Shown: positions 1 through 11,356 of the stretch, in pieces
Layout of the letters: the number at the start of each line of letters is the position of its first letter
How positions within the stretch are numbered: the stretch's first letter is position 1
Assembly (NCBI GenBank): GCA_965224245.1
Contig: OZ245046.1
Coordinates: 5,856,001-5,920,000 of the forward strand
Direction of reading: 5' to 3'
DNA: 64,000 nucleotides
Source of the DNA: Candidatus Eiseniibacteriota bacterium
GTDB lineage: Bacteria > Eisenbacteria > RBG-16-71-46 > CAZAMP01
Position numbers and translations under genes: made by a program
Notes under the pieces: model-generated
The model's database searches: none
The model's input: only the letters and a program-made list of their open reading frames with translations
Told to the model about the DNA's origin: nothing

Positions 1-106
1 GTCGCCGACCGATGCGCTCGCAGGTCAAGAACATACGGCGGCGTGAGGCCCGTCGGCGCACGCCGGCGGGGCGTCCCTCGCCGAGCCCTGGAGCGCGGAG
101 ATCAGC

Positions 107-1711
<1,605 letters not shown>

Positions 1712-1735
1712 GTCGCTGAGAAGGAGCCTCACGCA

Positions 1736-2701
1736 ATGTTGAAGATCATTGGCGACACCAAGATCGACTTCATGGGCATGAGAAAGCCCGCGTTCTTCCT
1801 GTCGCTCGCGCTGCTGGTGGCCGGGCTGGTGTCGCTGGCCGCGCACGGCGGTCCGCGCTACTCGATCGACTTCGAGGGTGGCCGCCTGATCGAGTTCGCC
1901 TTCTCCGGCGGCGACATCTCCGCCCGCGAGGTGCGCGACGCGCTGGGCACGATCGGGATCCAGACGGCCGAGGTGCAGCACTACGAGCCCGGCGCGAACA
2001 CGGGCGCCCACCCCGGCGTGCTGCTTCGCATCAAGGAGTCCGAGGACACCACGACCGAGAGCCCGACGCCGGCCATCATCGCCGCGCTGTCCGAGGCCCA
2101 CCCGGGCCTGACGTTCGACATCCGTCGCGAGGAGAGCGTCGGTCCCAAGATCGGAAGCGAGCTGAGGGGCCGGGCCGTCCAGGCCATTCTCTACGCGCTG
2201 GGCGCCATCCTGCTCTACGTCGGCATCCGATACGAGTTCACGTTCGCGCTGGCCGCCGTGGTGGCCCTGTTCCACGACGTGCTGATCACGGTGGGCATCT
2301 TCTCGTTGCTCGACATCGAGATCTCGCTGCCGATCGTGGCCGCGCTCCTGACGATCGCCGGCTACTCGATCAACGACACCATCGTCGTGTTCGATCGAAT
2401 CCGCGAGCGGCGAAAGACCGAGCAGCGGCGCCCGCTACGCGACATCATGAACCGGAGCGTCAACCAGATGCTCTCGCGCACGATCATCACGAGCGTGACC
2501 ACGCTGGTCACCGCGCTGTCGCTGTTCATCTTCGGGGGCTCGGTGATCCACGACTTCTCGTTCGCGATCGTCGTGGGCGTCATCATCGGAACCTACTCGT
2601 CGGTGTTCGTGGCCTCCACGCTGGTGTTCACGATGCTCTCGCGCCGGGCCGCCGGCGGCAAGAAGACCGCCCGCAAGAAGACGGCGGCCGCCACCTCCTG
2701 A
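1736..2701 (+). CDS. secF: Protein translocase subunit SecF
   Basis: IDFEGG, ESVGPKIG, ALFHD, GYSINDTIVVFDRIRE, GTYSSVFVA; AAGGAG RBS. Confidence 0.97.
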   Translation: MLKIIGDTKIDFMGMRKPAFFLSLALLVAGLVSLAAHGGPRYSIDFEGGRLIEFAFSGGDISAREVRDALGTIGIQTAEVQHYEPGANTGAHPGVLLRIKESEDTTTESPTPAIIAALSEAHPGLTFDIRREESVGPKIGSELRGRAVQAILYALGAILLYVGIRYEFTFALAAVVALFHDVLITVGIFSLLDIEISLPIVAALLTIAGYSINDTIVVFDRIRERRKTEQRRPLRDIMNRSVNQMLSRTIITSVTTLVTALSLFIFGGSVIHDFSFAIVVGVIIGTYSSVFVASTLVFTMLSRRAAGGKKTARKKTAAATS

Positions 2702-2810
2702 GGGAGGATGCCGGGCCGCCACCTCCTGAGGGAGGATGCCGGGCCGCCACCTCCTGAGGGAGGATGCCGGGCCGCCACCTCCTGAGGGAGGATGCCGGGC
2801 CGCCACCTCC
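2686..2810. repeat. Perfect 28-bp tandem repeat, 4 full copies plus a 13-nt partial (GGCCGCCACCTCCTGAGGGAGGATGCCG)
   Basis: Units start at 2686, 2714, 2742, 2770, partial at 2798; no spacers; each unit holds the hairpin CCTCC-TGAG-GGAGG; first unit contains the secF stop codon. Confidence 0.95.
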
Positions 2811-2836
2811 GGAGCCGGATTCCGCGACGCCGGCGA

Positions 2837-3292
2837 CTACGACTCCAGCTGGGACGTGCAGAACCCGCAGCGCACGGCCTTGATCGGGATCGTCTGGAAG
2901 CAGTGCGGGCAGTCCTTCGTGGTGGGCACGGCCGGCGGCGCCTCTTCCTTCCGCTTGGCCGCGTTGATGCTCTTGACCAGCAGGAACACCGCGAACGCCA
3001 CGATCAGGAAGCTGATGACGTTGTTGAAGAACACGCCGTAGTTGATCGTGACGGCGCCGGCGCCCTGCGCGTCGCTGAGGGCGGCGTAGGGGCCTGCGTC
3101 CTCGGCGCCCTTCTTCAGCACCGCGAACAGGTTCTGGAAGTCGACCCCGCCCAGCAGGAGACCGATCGGCGGCATCAGGACGTCGGCCACGAGGCTCTTG
3201 ACGATGGTCCCGAACGCGCCGCCGATGATGATGCCGACGGCCATGTCGACCACGTTGCCCTTGACCGCGAACTCCCGGAATTCCTTGAGCAT
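2837..3292 (-). CDS. mscL: Large-conductance mechanosensitive channel MscL with C-terminal CxxC-CxxC zinc ribbon
   Basis: [28 protein letters not shown] and [17 protein letters not shown]; tail CPHC...RCGFC; start placed at MLKEF after GGAGGA. Confidence 0.95.
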   Translation of the reverse strand: MLKEFREFAVKGNVVDMAVGIIIGGAFGTIVKSLVADVLMPPIGLLLGGVDFQNLFAVLKKGAEDAGPYAALSDAQGAGAVTINYGVFFNNVISFLIVAFAVFLLVKSINAAKRKEEAPPAVPTTKDCPHCFQTIPIKAVRCGFCTSQLES

Positions 3293-3615
3293 GGCTTCCT
3301 CCATGAAGTCTGCGCATACGAGACTGGGACCCCCAAAGCCGGCGGATTGTGGCCGCTGCCTCTCTCCCGATCAAGCGCGGGGCGCGGGGCCCCCGAGCTC
3401 GCGTTCGCCGGAACCGGCGCGCCCGGCGGCCGGTATACCCCCAGACGCGCATAAGCTGCGGTGTATCCAGACCTTAGCCAGCGGGCGTCGCGAGCCTCGT
3501 GCTATCATGGAGCGAGGATCCGGCGTGGATCCGGCTGATCATGTAACCGAATGCGTCGCAAGTCATTACGAGTTCGTACCTCGCGCGGGCCGAGCCTGTC
3601 CCGACCGGAGGCCGT

Positions 3616-4314
3616 TTGACCCGGAGCCTGACGATCCCCATCGCCAGCGCCGTGACGCTGGCCATCGCCCTGTCGGCGGTACCGGTCCGACCGGTGGCGG
3701 CCGGCGAGGTCGAGCCCGATTCCCGCTTCACGATCGGGCGGCTCAAGTACGGCGGCGGGGGAGACTGGTACTCCGATCCCACGTCCCTGCCGAACCTCCT
3801 GACCGAGCTCGGGCGCCGCACGACCCTCGAGGTGACCGCGCGCGAGGTCAACGTGAGCCTCGACGACGAGACGCTCTATCGAACACCGTTCCTGTACATG
3901 ACCGGCCACGGCGCCGTTAAATTGACCGATACCGAGGTCCGACGCCTGCGCGAGTTCCTCGAGGCGGGCGGATTCCTCTGGGCCGACGACAACTACGGCC
4001 TGGATTCGCACTTCCGGGCACTCGTGAAGCGGGTGTTTCCCGATCGAGAGCTCGTCGAGCTCCCGTTCGACCATCCGATCTTTCACGTGCTCTACGATTT
4101 CGACCAGGGGCCCCCCAAGATCCACGAGCACGACGGCAAGCCGCCCCAGGGCTTCGGAGTCTTCGATCGCGGGCGCCTGGTGATCTTCTACACGTACGAG
4201 TCCGACATCGGCGACGGCCTCGAGAACCCCGACGTGCACGGCGATCCGCCCGACAGGCGAGAGGCGGCCATGCAGATGGCGATCAACGTCGTGCTGTACA
4301 GCGTGCTCTACTGA
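3616..4314 (+). CDS. DUF4159-family exported protein
   Basis: Signal-peptide-like N-terminus; RLKYGGGGDWY, PFLYMTGHG, GGFLWADDNYG, HPIFH, PKIHEHDGKP, DIGDG motifs. Confidence 0.85.
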   Translation: MTRSLTIPIASAVTLAIALSAVPVRPVAAGEVEPDSRFTIGRLKYGGGGDWYSDPTSLPNLLTELGRRTTLEVTAREVNVSLDDETLYRTPFLYMTGHGAVKLTDTEVRRLREFLEAGGFLWADDNYGLDSHFRALVKRVFPDRELVELPFDHPIFHVLYDFDQGPPKIHEHDGKPPQGFGVFDRGRLVIFYTYESDIGDGLENPDVHGDPPDRREAAMQMAINVVLYSVLY

Positions 4315-4341
4315 GGCGTCGCGTACCCGAGAGGATGGATC

Positions 4342-7300
4342 GTGATGGCGGCACCCCGTTACTCCGACCTCGTCAATACCCTCGAACGCCTTCGCGCGCG
4401 CGTGATGACGCGACTGTTCGCGCGGGGCGCGTTCGCCGCGCTGGCCTGGGTGGCCGCATGGGCCGCGGTCGCGCTGATCCTCCAGGGTCTGGCCGGCCCG
4501 CGCCTCGACGTCGGCATCCTGCTGGCGGTCGCTCTGGCCGCGATCGCCACCCGTCTCCTGTGGCGCCACGTCGTGACGCCGCTCCGCCGCTTCCCGACGC
4601 TGCGGCAGTTCGCCGCCGAGGTCGACAGGGTCGCGTCGGGGCCGGTCGACGCCGTCATCAACGCGCTCGATCTGGGCAAGCGCCGGGACGCGGAGCCCGA
4701 TCCCATCTCGCGAAGCCTGATCGATCATGCGGTGGCCGAGGGGACCGCTCCGGCGATGGCCGTGGTGCCGTCCACGCTGGATCGCGGGCCGCGACTTCGC
4801 CCGTACGCGATCGCGCTGGCGATCGCCATCGTGGGCGTCACGATCTTCGCCCTGCTCGCGCCGATGCGGTTCCGGGCGTCGCTCCTGGCGCTGCTTCACC
4901 CGGTGAGCTTCCCGTACGCCCCGGAGGTCGTGGTGTCGGTGCCGTCGGGTGGCGGTGCCGTGGACTCGGGCGCCGACTTCGCCGTGAGCGCCGAGGTCAC
5001 CGGCACCGAGGAGCCGGCCCGCCTGGTCTATCGCAAGGAGGGCGGCGCGTGGAAGAGCGTCCCCATGACGCTGGTGGCCGACGCGATCGTTCCCTGGAAG
5101 GGGCACCTGGACGGCAGCCAGGTCACCGTCACGCGCGAGATTCCTCAGCGGTCGTATCGCGCCAGCCTGACCGAGCTGCGGCGCGACACCGAGTACCGCG
5201 TTCGAGCCGGCCGTCACGACTCCGAGCTCTTCGACGTCGAGGTGCTCACGCCGCCTCGGGTCGCCGCGTACGTCGTCCACGCCGACTATCCCGACTACGC
5301 GGGCCTCGCGGACGAGACGATCCGGAGCGCCACCGGTGACGTCGCGCTCCTGACCGGCACCGACGTCACGTGCGTTCTGGAGACCGAGGGGCACGTCGGG
5401 CGCGCCGAGATCGAGTGGAGCGACGGGCGACCCACCGACGTCACGACGACCGGCGACGGCGCGTCGTTCGCGTTCCGGGTCGACGCGCGCGCCGAGTACC
5501 GCGTGCGTCTGTTCGATCCCGAGGGACGCCGCCGGTTCGAGAGCCCGTTCTTCGCGGTCGACGCGGTTCCCGATCAGAACCCGCTGGTGCGCCTCCTGGC
5601 CCCCGGAGAAGACGTCGACGTGCCCGACGGCATGGAGCTGCCGATCGTCGTGTCGTGCACGGACGACTACGGGCTCTCCCGGCTACTCCTGCACGTGCAC
5701 AAGGAGCCCTACGAGCCGTTCTCGAACGAGGTCCGGACCTTCGAGGTCGGCACGCGGGACGAGGTCGTCGAGTTCGTGTGGGATCTGAGCTCGCTCGAGC
5801 TGATGCCGGGCGAGAGCGCCACGTACTATCTCGAGCTGTTCGACACCGACACCGTGTCGGGTCCCAAGTCGGCGCGCACGCCGGTGTACCAGGTCCGGTT
5901 CCCGTCCATGGCGGAGCTGTACTCGCGCGTCGAGGAGGAGTACTCCGAGAACGTGGTCGGCTCGCTGGACGAGGTCCTCGAGGAGCAGCAGCAGCTCCGG
6001 GATCGGGTCGAGGCCACGCGCCGGGAGCTGGAGCGCGCACGGGACGGCATCACCTACGAGCGCCAGAAGGAGATCGAGGCGCTCATGGAGAGCCAGAGCA
6101 ACATCCAGGACGAGCTCTCCCAGGCGCTCGACGCGCTCCAGCGCAGCATGGACCGTCTCTCCGAGACCGACATGACGAGCTTCCAGATCATGGAACGGAT
6201 GGAGCAGATCCAGGCGCTGCTCCAGCAGGTCGACAGCGAGCGCATGAACGCGATGCTGGAGGAGGTCAAGAAGGCGCTCCAGGACATGGACGAGCGCGAG
6301 CTCCAGGAAGCGCTCGAGGCCTTCGAGTTCACTCAGGACGAGATGCTCCAGCAGCTGGACCGGTCGCTCGAGCATCTGGAGAAGATCCTGGCCGAGCAGA
6401 AGCTGGAGGCGATCGTCGACGAGCTGCAGGCGCTTCTGGAGGAGCAGGCCGAGATCAGCGATCAGCTCGAGGCGCTCGAGGACGCCGAGTCCACGGACGC
6501 GTCCGACGCCGACGCGTCCGACGCCGACGCGGCCGAGGACGACGCGGCCGAGGACGACGCGGCCGAGGACGACCTGGCCGCCGCGTCGGACACCGAGACC
6601 GACGACGCCGCGCAGGCCGGAGACACCGAGAACGCGTCGGAGACCGACTCCGAGACCGACCCGTCGGCCGCCGGCGATGCCGAGTCGGACGTCTCCGACT
6701 CCGAGTCCACCGAGAGCGACGTGGCCGACGCGACCCAGTCCGAGGCCGATGCCGACCCGTCCGAGACGAGCGCCACCGATCCCCAGGACGGATCCGACTC
6801 CGAGAGCGGGGAGGACGCCTCCCAGTCCGACTCGGAGTCGGACGAAACCGAGAGCCCGTCCGGCCAGAGCGAGGGACAGAGCAGCGAGGGATCGCCGCCC
6901 AGCGACTCCCCGTCGATGGAGGAGCTGGCCGAGCTTCAGGAGGCGCTGGCCCAGCGCGCCGAGGAGATCGCCGAGCGGATCGAGGAGCTCCGCGAGCTGT
7001 CGAAGCAATCGCACCAGGCGCTCGATCAGGCGCTCCAGCAGCAGTCACCGGAGACGGGGATGCAGCAGGCCCAGGAGAGCATGGAGAACGCCGCCAGCGA
7101 GATGCAGCAGAGCGAGCAGGAGCCCGCGCTGCGTTACACGCTGAAGGCGCAGGAGCAGATCCAGAGCCTCATGAGCGGCATGCAGGGAGCGATGCAGGCG
7201 ATGCAGGCCAATCAGACCAGTGAGCTCTCGAAGCAGATGCTCGCGGTCGGCGCCGAGCTGCTCCATCTCTCGACCAAGCAGGAGACGGTGTCCGACGGGC

Positions 7301-8190
7301 CGGGTGGCGCGTCCACCCGCGATCTCGCGGCCGGCCAGATGCGGGTCTACGAGGCAACCGGCCGAGCCTCCGAACGCCTGCACGAGATCGGCAAGGAGAC
7401 GCTGTTCATCTCGCAGGCAATGCTCCTGAACATGGGCGCGATTCTCGACGACATGAGTCGGGCCACGACCCAGTTCGAGGGCGGCAATCGCGCCCGCGGC
7501 GCCCGCGACGCGGCCGAGGCGATGACCGGCCTGAACGAGGCCGTCATGGACATCATCCGGGCCAACGAGCAGATGCAGAGCTCCGGGGGCTCGTGTTCGA
7601 ACCCGAGCCCCAGCGCGATGAGCCGGCTCCCCACGCTCACCGGCATGCAGAAGCAGCTCAACCAGCAGACGATGTCGCTGGCCGAGCAGCTCGCGCGGCA
7701 GCGGCTCTCGCCGCAGGCGGGACAGGCGGCGATGAAGCAGCTCGCGGCGCGACAGGAAGCCATCCGTCGCGGCCTGGCCGAGATCTCCGAGGAGCTCGAG
7801 GGCCGGCGCGACGTCCTCGGCCGTCTCGACGAGCTGGGCGGCGAGCTCGAGGACGTCGTCGAGGAGATGTCCCGGGGCAACGTGGATCGCAAGCTCGTCG
7901 AGCGCCAGCAGAAGATCCTGAGCCGCCTCCTGGCCGCCGAGAAGTCGATCCGCAAGCAGGACGAGGACGAGCGTCGCCTGTCCCGGTCGGCCGACGAGGT
8001 CGAGCGCACGACCACGCCGGCCGCGCTCGACGCGGACGACATGGGCGAGACCGATGCGCTGAACCGGGAGATCATGCAGGGGCGGACCGATCCGTACCCG
8101 GCCCGGTATCGGGGCATGATCGACGCGTACTTCAAGGCCCTCGGCGAAGGGGATGGACCCCGCCGGGACGCCGAGGACGCCGGCCGATGA
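4342..8190 (+). CDS. Large membrane-anchored Ig-like plus coiled-coil protein (DUF4175-like)
   Basis: Three N-terminal TM segments, beta-rich region with DDYGL motif, long Q/E coiled coil, C-terminal QKILSRLL and YRGMIDAYFKAL. Confidence 0.75.
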   Translation: MMAAPRYSDLVNTLERLRARVMTRLFARGAFAALAWVAAWAAVALILQGLAGPRLDVGILLAVALAAIATRLLWRHVVTPLRRFPTLRQFAAEVDRVASGPVDAVINALDLGKRRDAEPDPISRSLIDHAVAEGTAPAMAVVPSTLDRGPRLRPYAIALAIAIVGVTIFALLAPMRFRASLLALLHPVSFPYAPEVVVSVPSGGGAVDSGADFAVSAEVTGTEEPARLVYRKEGGAWKSVPMTLVADAIVPWKGHLDGSQVTVTREIPQRSYRASLTELRRDTEYRVRAGRHDSELFDVEVLTPPRVAAYVVHADYPDYAGLADETIRSATGDVALLTGTDVTCVLETEGHVGRAEIEWSDGRPTDVTTTGDGASFAFRVDARAEYRVRLFDPEGRRRFESPFFAVDAVPDQNPLVRLLAPGEDVDVPDGMELPIVVSCTDDYGLSRLLLHVHKEPYEPFSNEVRTFEVGTRDEVVEFVWDLSSLELMPGESATYYLELFDTDTVSGPKSARTPVYQVRFPSMAELYSRVEEEYSENVVGSLDEVLEEQQQLRDRVEATRRELERARDGITYERQKEIEALMESQSNIQDELSQALDALQRSMDRLSETDMTSFQIMERMEQIQALLQQVDSERMNAMLEEVKKALQDMDERELQEALEAFEFTQDEMLQQLDRSLEHLEKILAEQKLEAIVDELQALLEEQAEISDQLEALEDAESTDASDADASDADAAEDDAAEDDAAEDDLAAASDTETDDAAQAGDTENASETDSETDPSAAGDAESDVSDSESTESDVADATQSEADADPSETSATDPQDGSDSESGEDASQSDSESDETESPSGQSEGQSSEGSPPSDSPSMEELAELQEALAQRAEEIAERIEELRELSKQSHQALDQALQQQSPETGMQQAQESMENAASEMQQSEQEPALRYTLKAQEQIQSLMSGMQGAMQAMQANQTSELSKQMLAVGAELLHLSTKQETVSDGPGGASTRDLAAGQMRVYEATGRASERLHEIGKETLFISQAMLLNMGAILDDMSRATTQFEGGNRARGARDAAEAMTGLNEAVMDIIRANEQMQSSGGSCSNPSPSAMSRLPTLTGMQKQLNQQTMSLAEQLARQRLSPQAGQAAMKQLAARQEAIRRGLAEISEELEGRRDVLGRLDELGGELEDVVEEMSRGNVDRKLVERQQKILSRLLAAEKSIRKQDEDERRLSRSADEVERTTTPAALDADDMGETDALNREIMQGRTDPYPARYRGMIDAYFKALGEGDGPRRDAEDAGR
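6496..6570 (+). repeat. In-frame 15-bp coding repeats (DASDA x2, DAAED x3) in an acidic linker
   Basis: GACGCGTCCGACGCC x2 followed by GACGCGGCCGAGGAC x3. Confidence 0.85.
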
Positions 8191-9902
8191 CGGTCTCCCG
8201 ACGCCCACGTCCGTCTCGCACGCTGGCGCGCGCGGTCGCGCTGGCGCTTCCGGTGCTGACCGCGTTCGTCGGATCGGCGCTCGCGCAGCCGACGCTGGAG
8301 CCCGCGCGTCCCCCGCGCTCGGTCGTCCGGCAGCCGGACTCGCGGCAGGACCGCATCAACGTCGCGCACCAGTACATGCGGCAGGGTCGCCTCGCCGAGG
8401 CCCTCCAGCTCTTCTCGAATCTGCACCGCGAGTTCCCTCGCGACGCCAACGTCGTCCGCGGTTATGGCACGTGTCTGCGTCAGTACGGCCGCTACGAGGA
8501 GGCGCTGACGCTGTACGCCGAATACGATCGCGTCCAGGCCCGCCCCACGTTCGTGCGCGAACGCGTGGGGCTCCTGACGCAGCTCGGGCGCGAGGCCGAG
8601 GCGCTCGAGGTGTGCCTGGCCGTGGTGCCCACCGCGCCCGGCTACATCAAGCAGTACATCAACGACGAGATCGTGGAGCTCTCGGAGAACCCCACGCTGG
8701 GTGAGCGGGCGTACGAGTCTCTGCGCGACCGATTTCGCGGCGACGATGCCGCCGCGGTCGGCGCCGCGCTCCTCGAGCTTTGCCTGGCCACGGGGCGATT
8801 CCAGGAGGCGGTGGAGGTGGTCGAGCGCCTGGATCCGATGATCGACGGCGACGGCATCGAGTTCTTCAACCTGGCGCGCCGGCTGGACCGCGAGGGAGAG
8901 ACGGCGCTGGCCCGCGAGCTCATCTCGCGGATCACCACCGACGTGGGCACGGCGTTCTGGCACGAGGCGGTGCTGTTCAAGGCGCGCCTCGACGAGTCCC
9001 TGGGCGATGCCGAGGCGGCCGTGAACGAGCTGACGCGTCTCCACGACCAGACCGGTCGGCCCGAGGATCGTTACCGGATCGACATGGAGCGCGCTCGCCT
9101 GCTCGGCGAGGTGCTCGATCGTCCCGGTGAGGCCGTGGCCGTCTACGACTCGCTCCTGGCCGACCGCGCGCTTCGACCCCGCCACGAGGAGGTGCGTCTG
9201 GCCCGCGCCGAGACGCAGATGCGCGCGGGCGAGCTGGCCGGCGCGCTGGAAGACTTCCGTGAGCTGTCCACGTCGAGCCGGCAGGCCGAGACGCGCGAGC
9301 GGGCCGAGTTCCTCGTGGGCGAGATCTACTTCCACGAAGGCAACATCGACTCGGCCGCCGCCGCCTACCTCCGGCAGGTCGAGGCGTTTCCTGCGGGTCC
9401 GCTCGCCAACGACGCGCTGGATCGGATCTTCCTGTTCAACGAGAACTACGAGGGAGAGGGCGAAACGCTGGCCGAGCTGGGGCACGTGTTCGCCCTGGAG
9501 CGCAACGGCTCGCTGGACGAGGCGATCGTCGCGGGCACGGAGCTCGAGGCGAAGGTGCGCGAGGCCACCATCCACGACGACGTGCTGTGGGCGCTGGGGA
9601 GCCTCTGGGCGGAGTCGGAGACTCCGATCGTCGCCACGACCTATCTCGAGCGACTCGCGGCCGCGCATCCCGAGAGCCGCCTCGTCCCTCGGGCGCTGAA
9701 GCGCCTCGGCGACATCCAGATGAGCGAGGCCGCGACCTGGATCCCCTGGCCGCCGGAGATGCCGGTGGCGGGGCTGTTCGTCCCCGACCGGCACCGGGCG
9801 CTGCAGACGTTCGAGCGCCTCCTGATCGACCATCCGCTGTCGATCGAGGCCGCCGAGGTCCGACAGCTCGTCAGCCAGCTGAGAAAGGAGCTGCCGTCAT
9901 GA
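8187..9902 (+). CDS. Exported tetratricopeptide-repeat protein
   Basis: ATGA overlap with upstream stop; signal peptide ending ALA-QP; repeated TPR-like helices (AEFLVGEIYF, ALKRLGDI). Confidence 0.8.
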   Translation: MTVSRRPRPSRTLARAVALALPVLTAFVGSALAQPTLEPARPPRSVVRQPDSRQDRINVAHQYMRQGRLAEALQLFSNLHREFPRDANVVRGYGTCLRQYGRYEEALTLYAEYDRVQARPTFVRERVGLLTQLGREAEALEVCLAVVPTAPGYIKQYINDEIVELSENPTLGERAYESLRDRFRGDDAAAVGAALLELCLATGRFQEAVEVVERLDPMIDGDGIEFFNLARRLDREGETALARELISRITTDVGTAFWHEAVLFKARLDESLGDAEAAVNELTRLHDQTGRPEDRYRIDMERARLLGEVLDRPGEAVAVYDSLLADRALRPRHEEVRLARAETQMRAGELAGALEDFRELSTSSRQAETRERAEFLVGEIYFHEGNIDSAAAAYLRQVEAFPAGPLANDALDRIFLFNENYEGEGETLAELGHVFALERNGSLDEAIVAGTELEAKVREATIHDDVLWALGSLWAESETPIVATTYLERLAAAHPESRLVPRALKRLGDIQMSEAATWIPWPPEMPVAGLFVPDRHRALQTFERLLIDHPLSIEAAEVRQLVSQLRKELPS

Positions 9903-11233
9903 CCGCCGCACGCCGTGCGCCCACCCGACGACTCGCGAGGCTCGCGCGGCATCTCGCCCGCCCGGGTCGAGCGCTCGCGGCGGGCCTCTGTGTCGCGTCG
10001 TTCGTGTCGCTGGCCCCGGCCGCGCGCGTGCAGGCGTCCCAGCTGGCGGTGTTCATGGATCTCCGGCAGACCGACCACCTGAAGGCGTACGGGCTGGCCT
10101 ACTGGGCGCTCACCCAGGGGCAGCAGGTCGAGTGGCTCCTCAACTATCGCGGGGGATCGTTCCTCCTGGACGACTCCGCCACGAACCGGCAGGAAGCCCG
10201 CATCCGGGGCGTCCTGGCCGAGTCGATCTCGGACGGCGACGTGGATGCGATCTACACGACGATCGAGAACGACAACATGGAGCGGATCCTCCTCGACAAG
10301 GCCCCGCGCATCGCCGTGTACATCCCGCCGACACACGAGCCGTGGGACGACGCGGTCACCCTGGCGCTCGAGTATGCCGACATCCCGTACGCGCCCGTCT
10401 GGGATCCCGACGTGCAGGCGGGTGTGCTGGATCAGTACGACTGGCTCCACCTCCATCACGAGGACTTCACCGGCCAGTACGGCAAGTTCTACATCCAGTT
10501 CCACAGCGCCGCGTGGTACGTGGACCGACAGCGCCGCTACGAGGCCGCCGCCAAGGAGGCCGGCTACGACACGGTGTGGCAGTACAAGCACGCCACCGCG
10601 GAGATCGTGCGCGAGTACGTCGCGCGCGGCGGGTTCCTGTTCGCGATGTGCTCGGCCACCGACACGTTCGAGATCGCGCTGGCCGCCGGCGACACCGACA
10701 TCGTGGCGCAGTACTACGACGGCGATCCCGCCGATCCCGACTCCCAGGCGAAGCTGGACTTCTCGCGCACGCTCCTGTTCGAGAACTTCCGCCTGGTGAT
10801 GAACCCGTTCCAGTACGAGTTCTCCGACATCGACGTGTCGGACTACGCGAGCGTGCGCGGTCCGGGCGCCGAGGGCTTCACGCTGTTCGAGTTCTCGGCC
10901 AAGGAGGACCCGGTGCCCACGATGCTCACCCAGTGCCACGTGAACGTCGTGAACGGGTTCCTGGGCCAGACCACCGGCTACAACCGGCGGGTGTTGAAGG
11001 ACAACGTGGTGCTCCTGGGCGAGGTCGAGGGCACCGAGGAGGTCAAGTACGTCCACTCGAACTTCGGAAAGGGGACCGTCACGTTCTACGGCGGGCACGA
11101 TCCGGAGGACTACCAGCATCGGGTGGGGGATCCGCCGACCGATCTGTCGCTGCACAAGACGAGCCCGGGCTACCGGCTGATCCTGAACAACGTGCTGTTC
11201 CCGGCCGCCGAGAAGAAGCCCCGCAAGACGTGA
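9899..11233 (+). CDS. Conserved exported protein of the family often labelled 'asparagine synthetase B' in Bacteroidota; probable class I GATase-like fold
   Basis: ATGA overlap; HLKAYG, WLLNYRGGSF, PWDDAVT, YDWLHLHHEDFTGQYGKFY, FAMCSATD, GHDPEDYQH, PGYRLILNNVLFPAA. Confidence 0.75.
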   Translation: MTAARRAPTRRLARLARHLARPGRALAAGLCVASFVSLAPAARVQASQLAVFMDLRQTDHLKAYGLAYWALTQGQQVEWLLNYRGGSFLLDDSATNRQEARIRGVLAESISDGDVDAIYTTIENDNMERILLDKAPRIAVYIPPTHEPWDDAVTLALEYADIPYAPVWDPDVQAGVLDQYDWLHLHHEDFTGQYGKFYIQFHSAAWYVDRQRRYEAAAKEAGYDTVWQYKHATAEIVREYVARGGFLFAMCSATDTFEIALAAGDTDIVAQYYDGDPADPDSQAKLDFSRTLLFENFRLVMNPFQYEFSDIDVSDYASVRGPGAEGFTLFEFSAKEDPVPTMLTQCHVNVVNGFLGQTTGYNRRVLKDNVVLLGEVEGTEEVKYVHSNFGKGTVTFYGGHDPEDYQHRVGDPPTDLSLHKTSPGYRLILNNVLFPAAEKKPRKT

Positions 11234-11356
11234 GTGATCTCGACGTCCGACGCCGTCGGGGATAGGCCGGGATTCGTCGACCGACTCGCGGATCCGCGCT
11301 ACAATTCGTGCTGAACCCTCCCCAACGTGGAATCATGGCCTGGCCGGAGGATCAGC

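Noticed and set aside
1-46. Possible 3' end of an upstream gene (…DALAGQEHTAA-stop), e.g. yajC
   Set aside because: Too short to identify
2686-2810. CRISPR array (28-bp palindromic repeat)
   Set aside because: Units are head-to-tail with no spacers and no cas genes are present
9899-11233. asnB gene symbol
   Set aside because: No Ntn N-terminal Cys or ATP-pyrophosphatase motif, and the protein has a signal peptide
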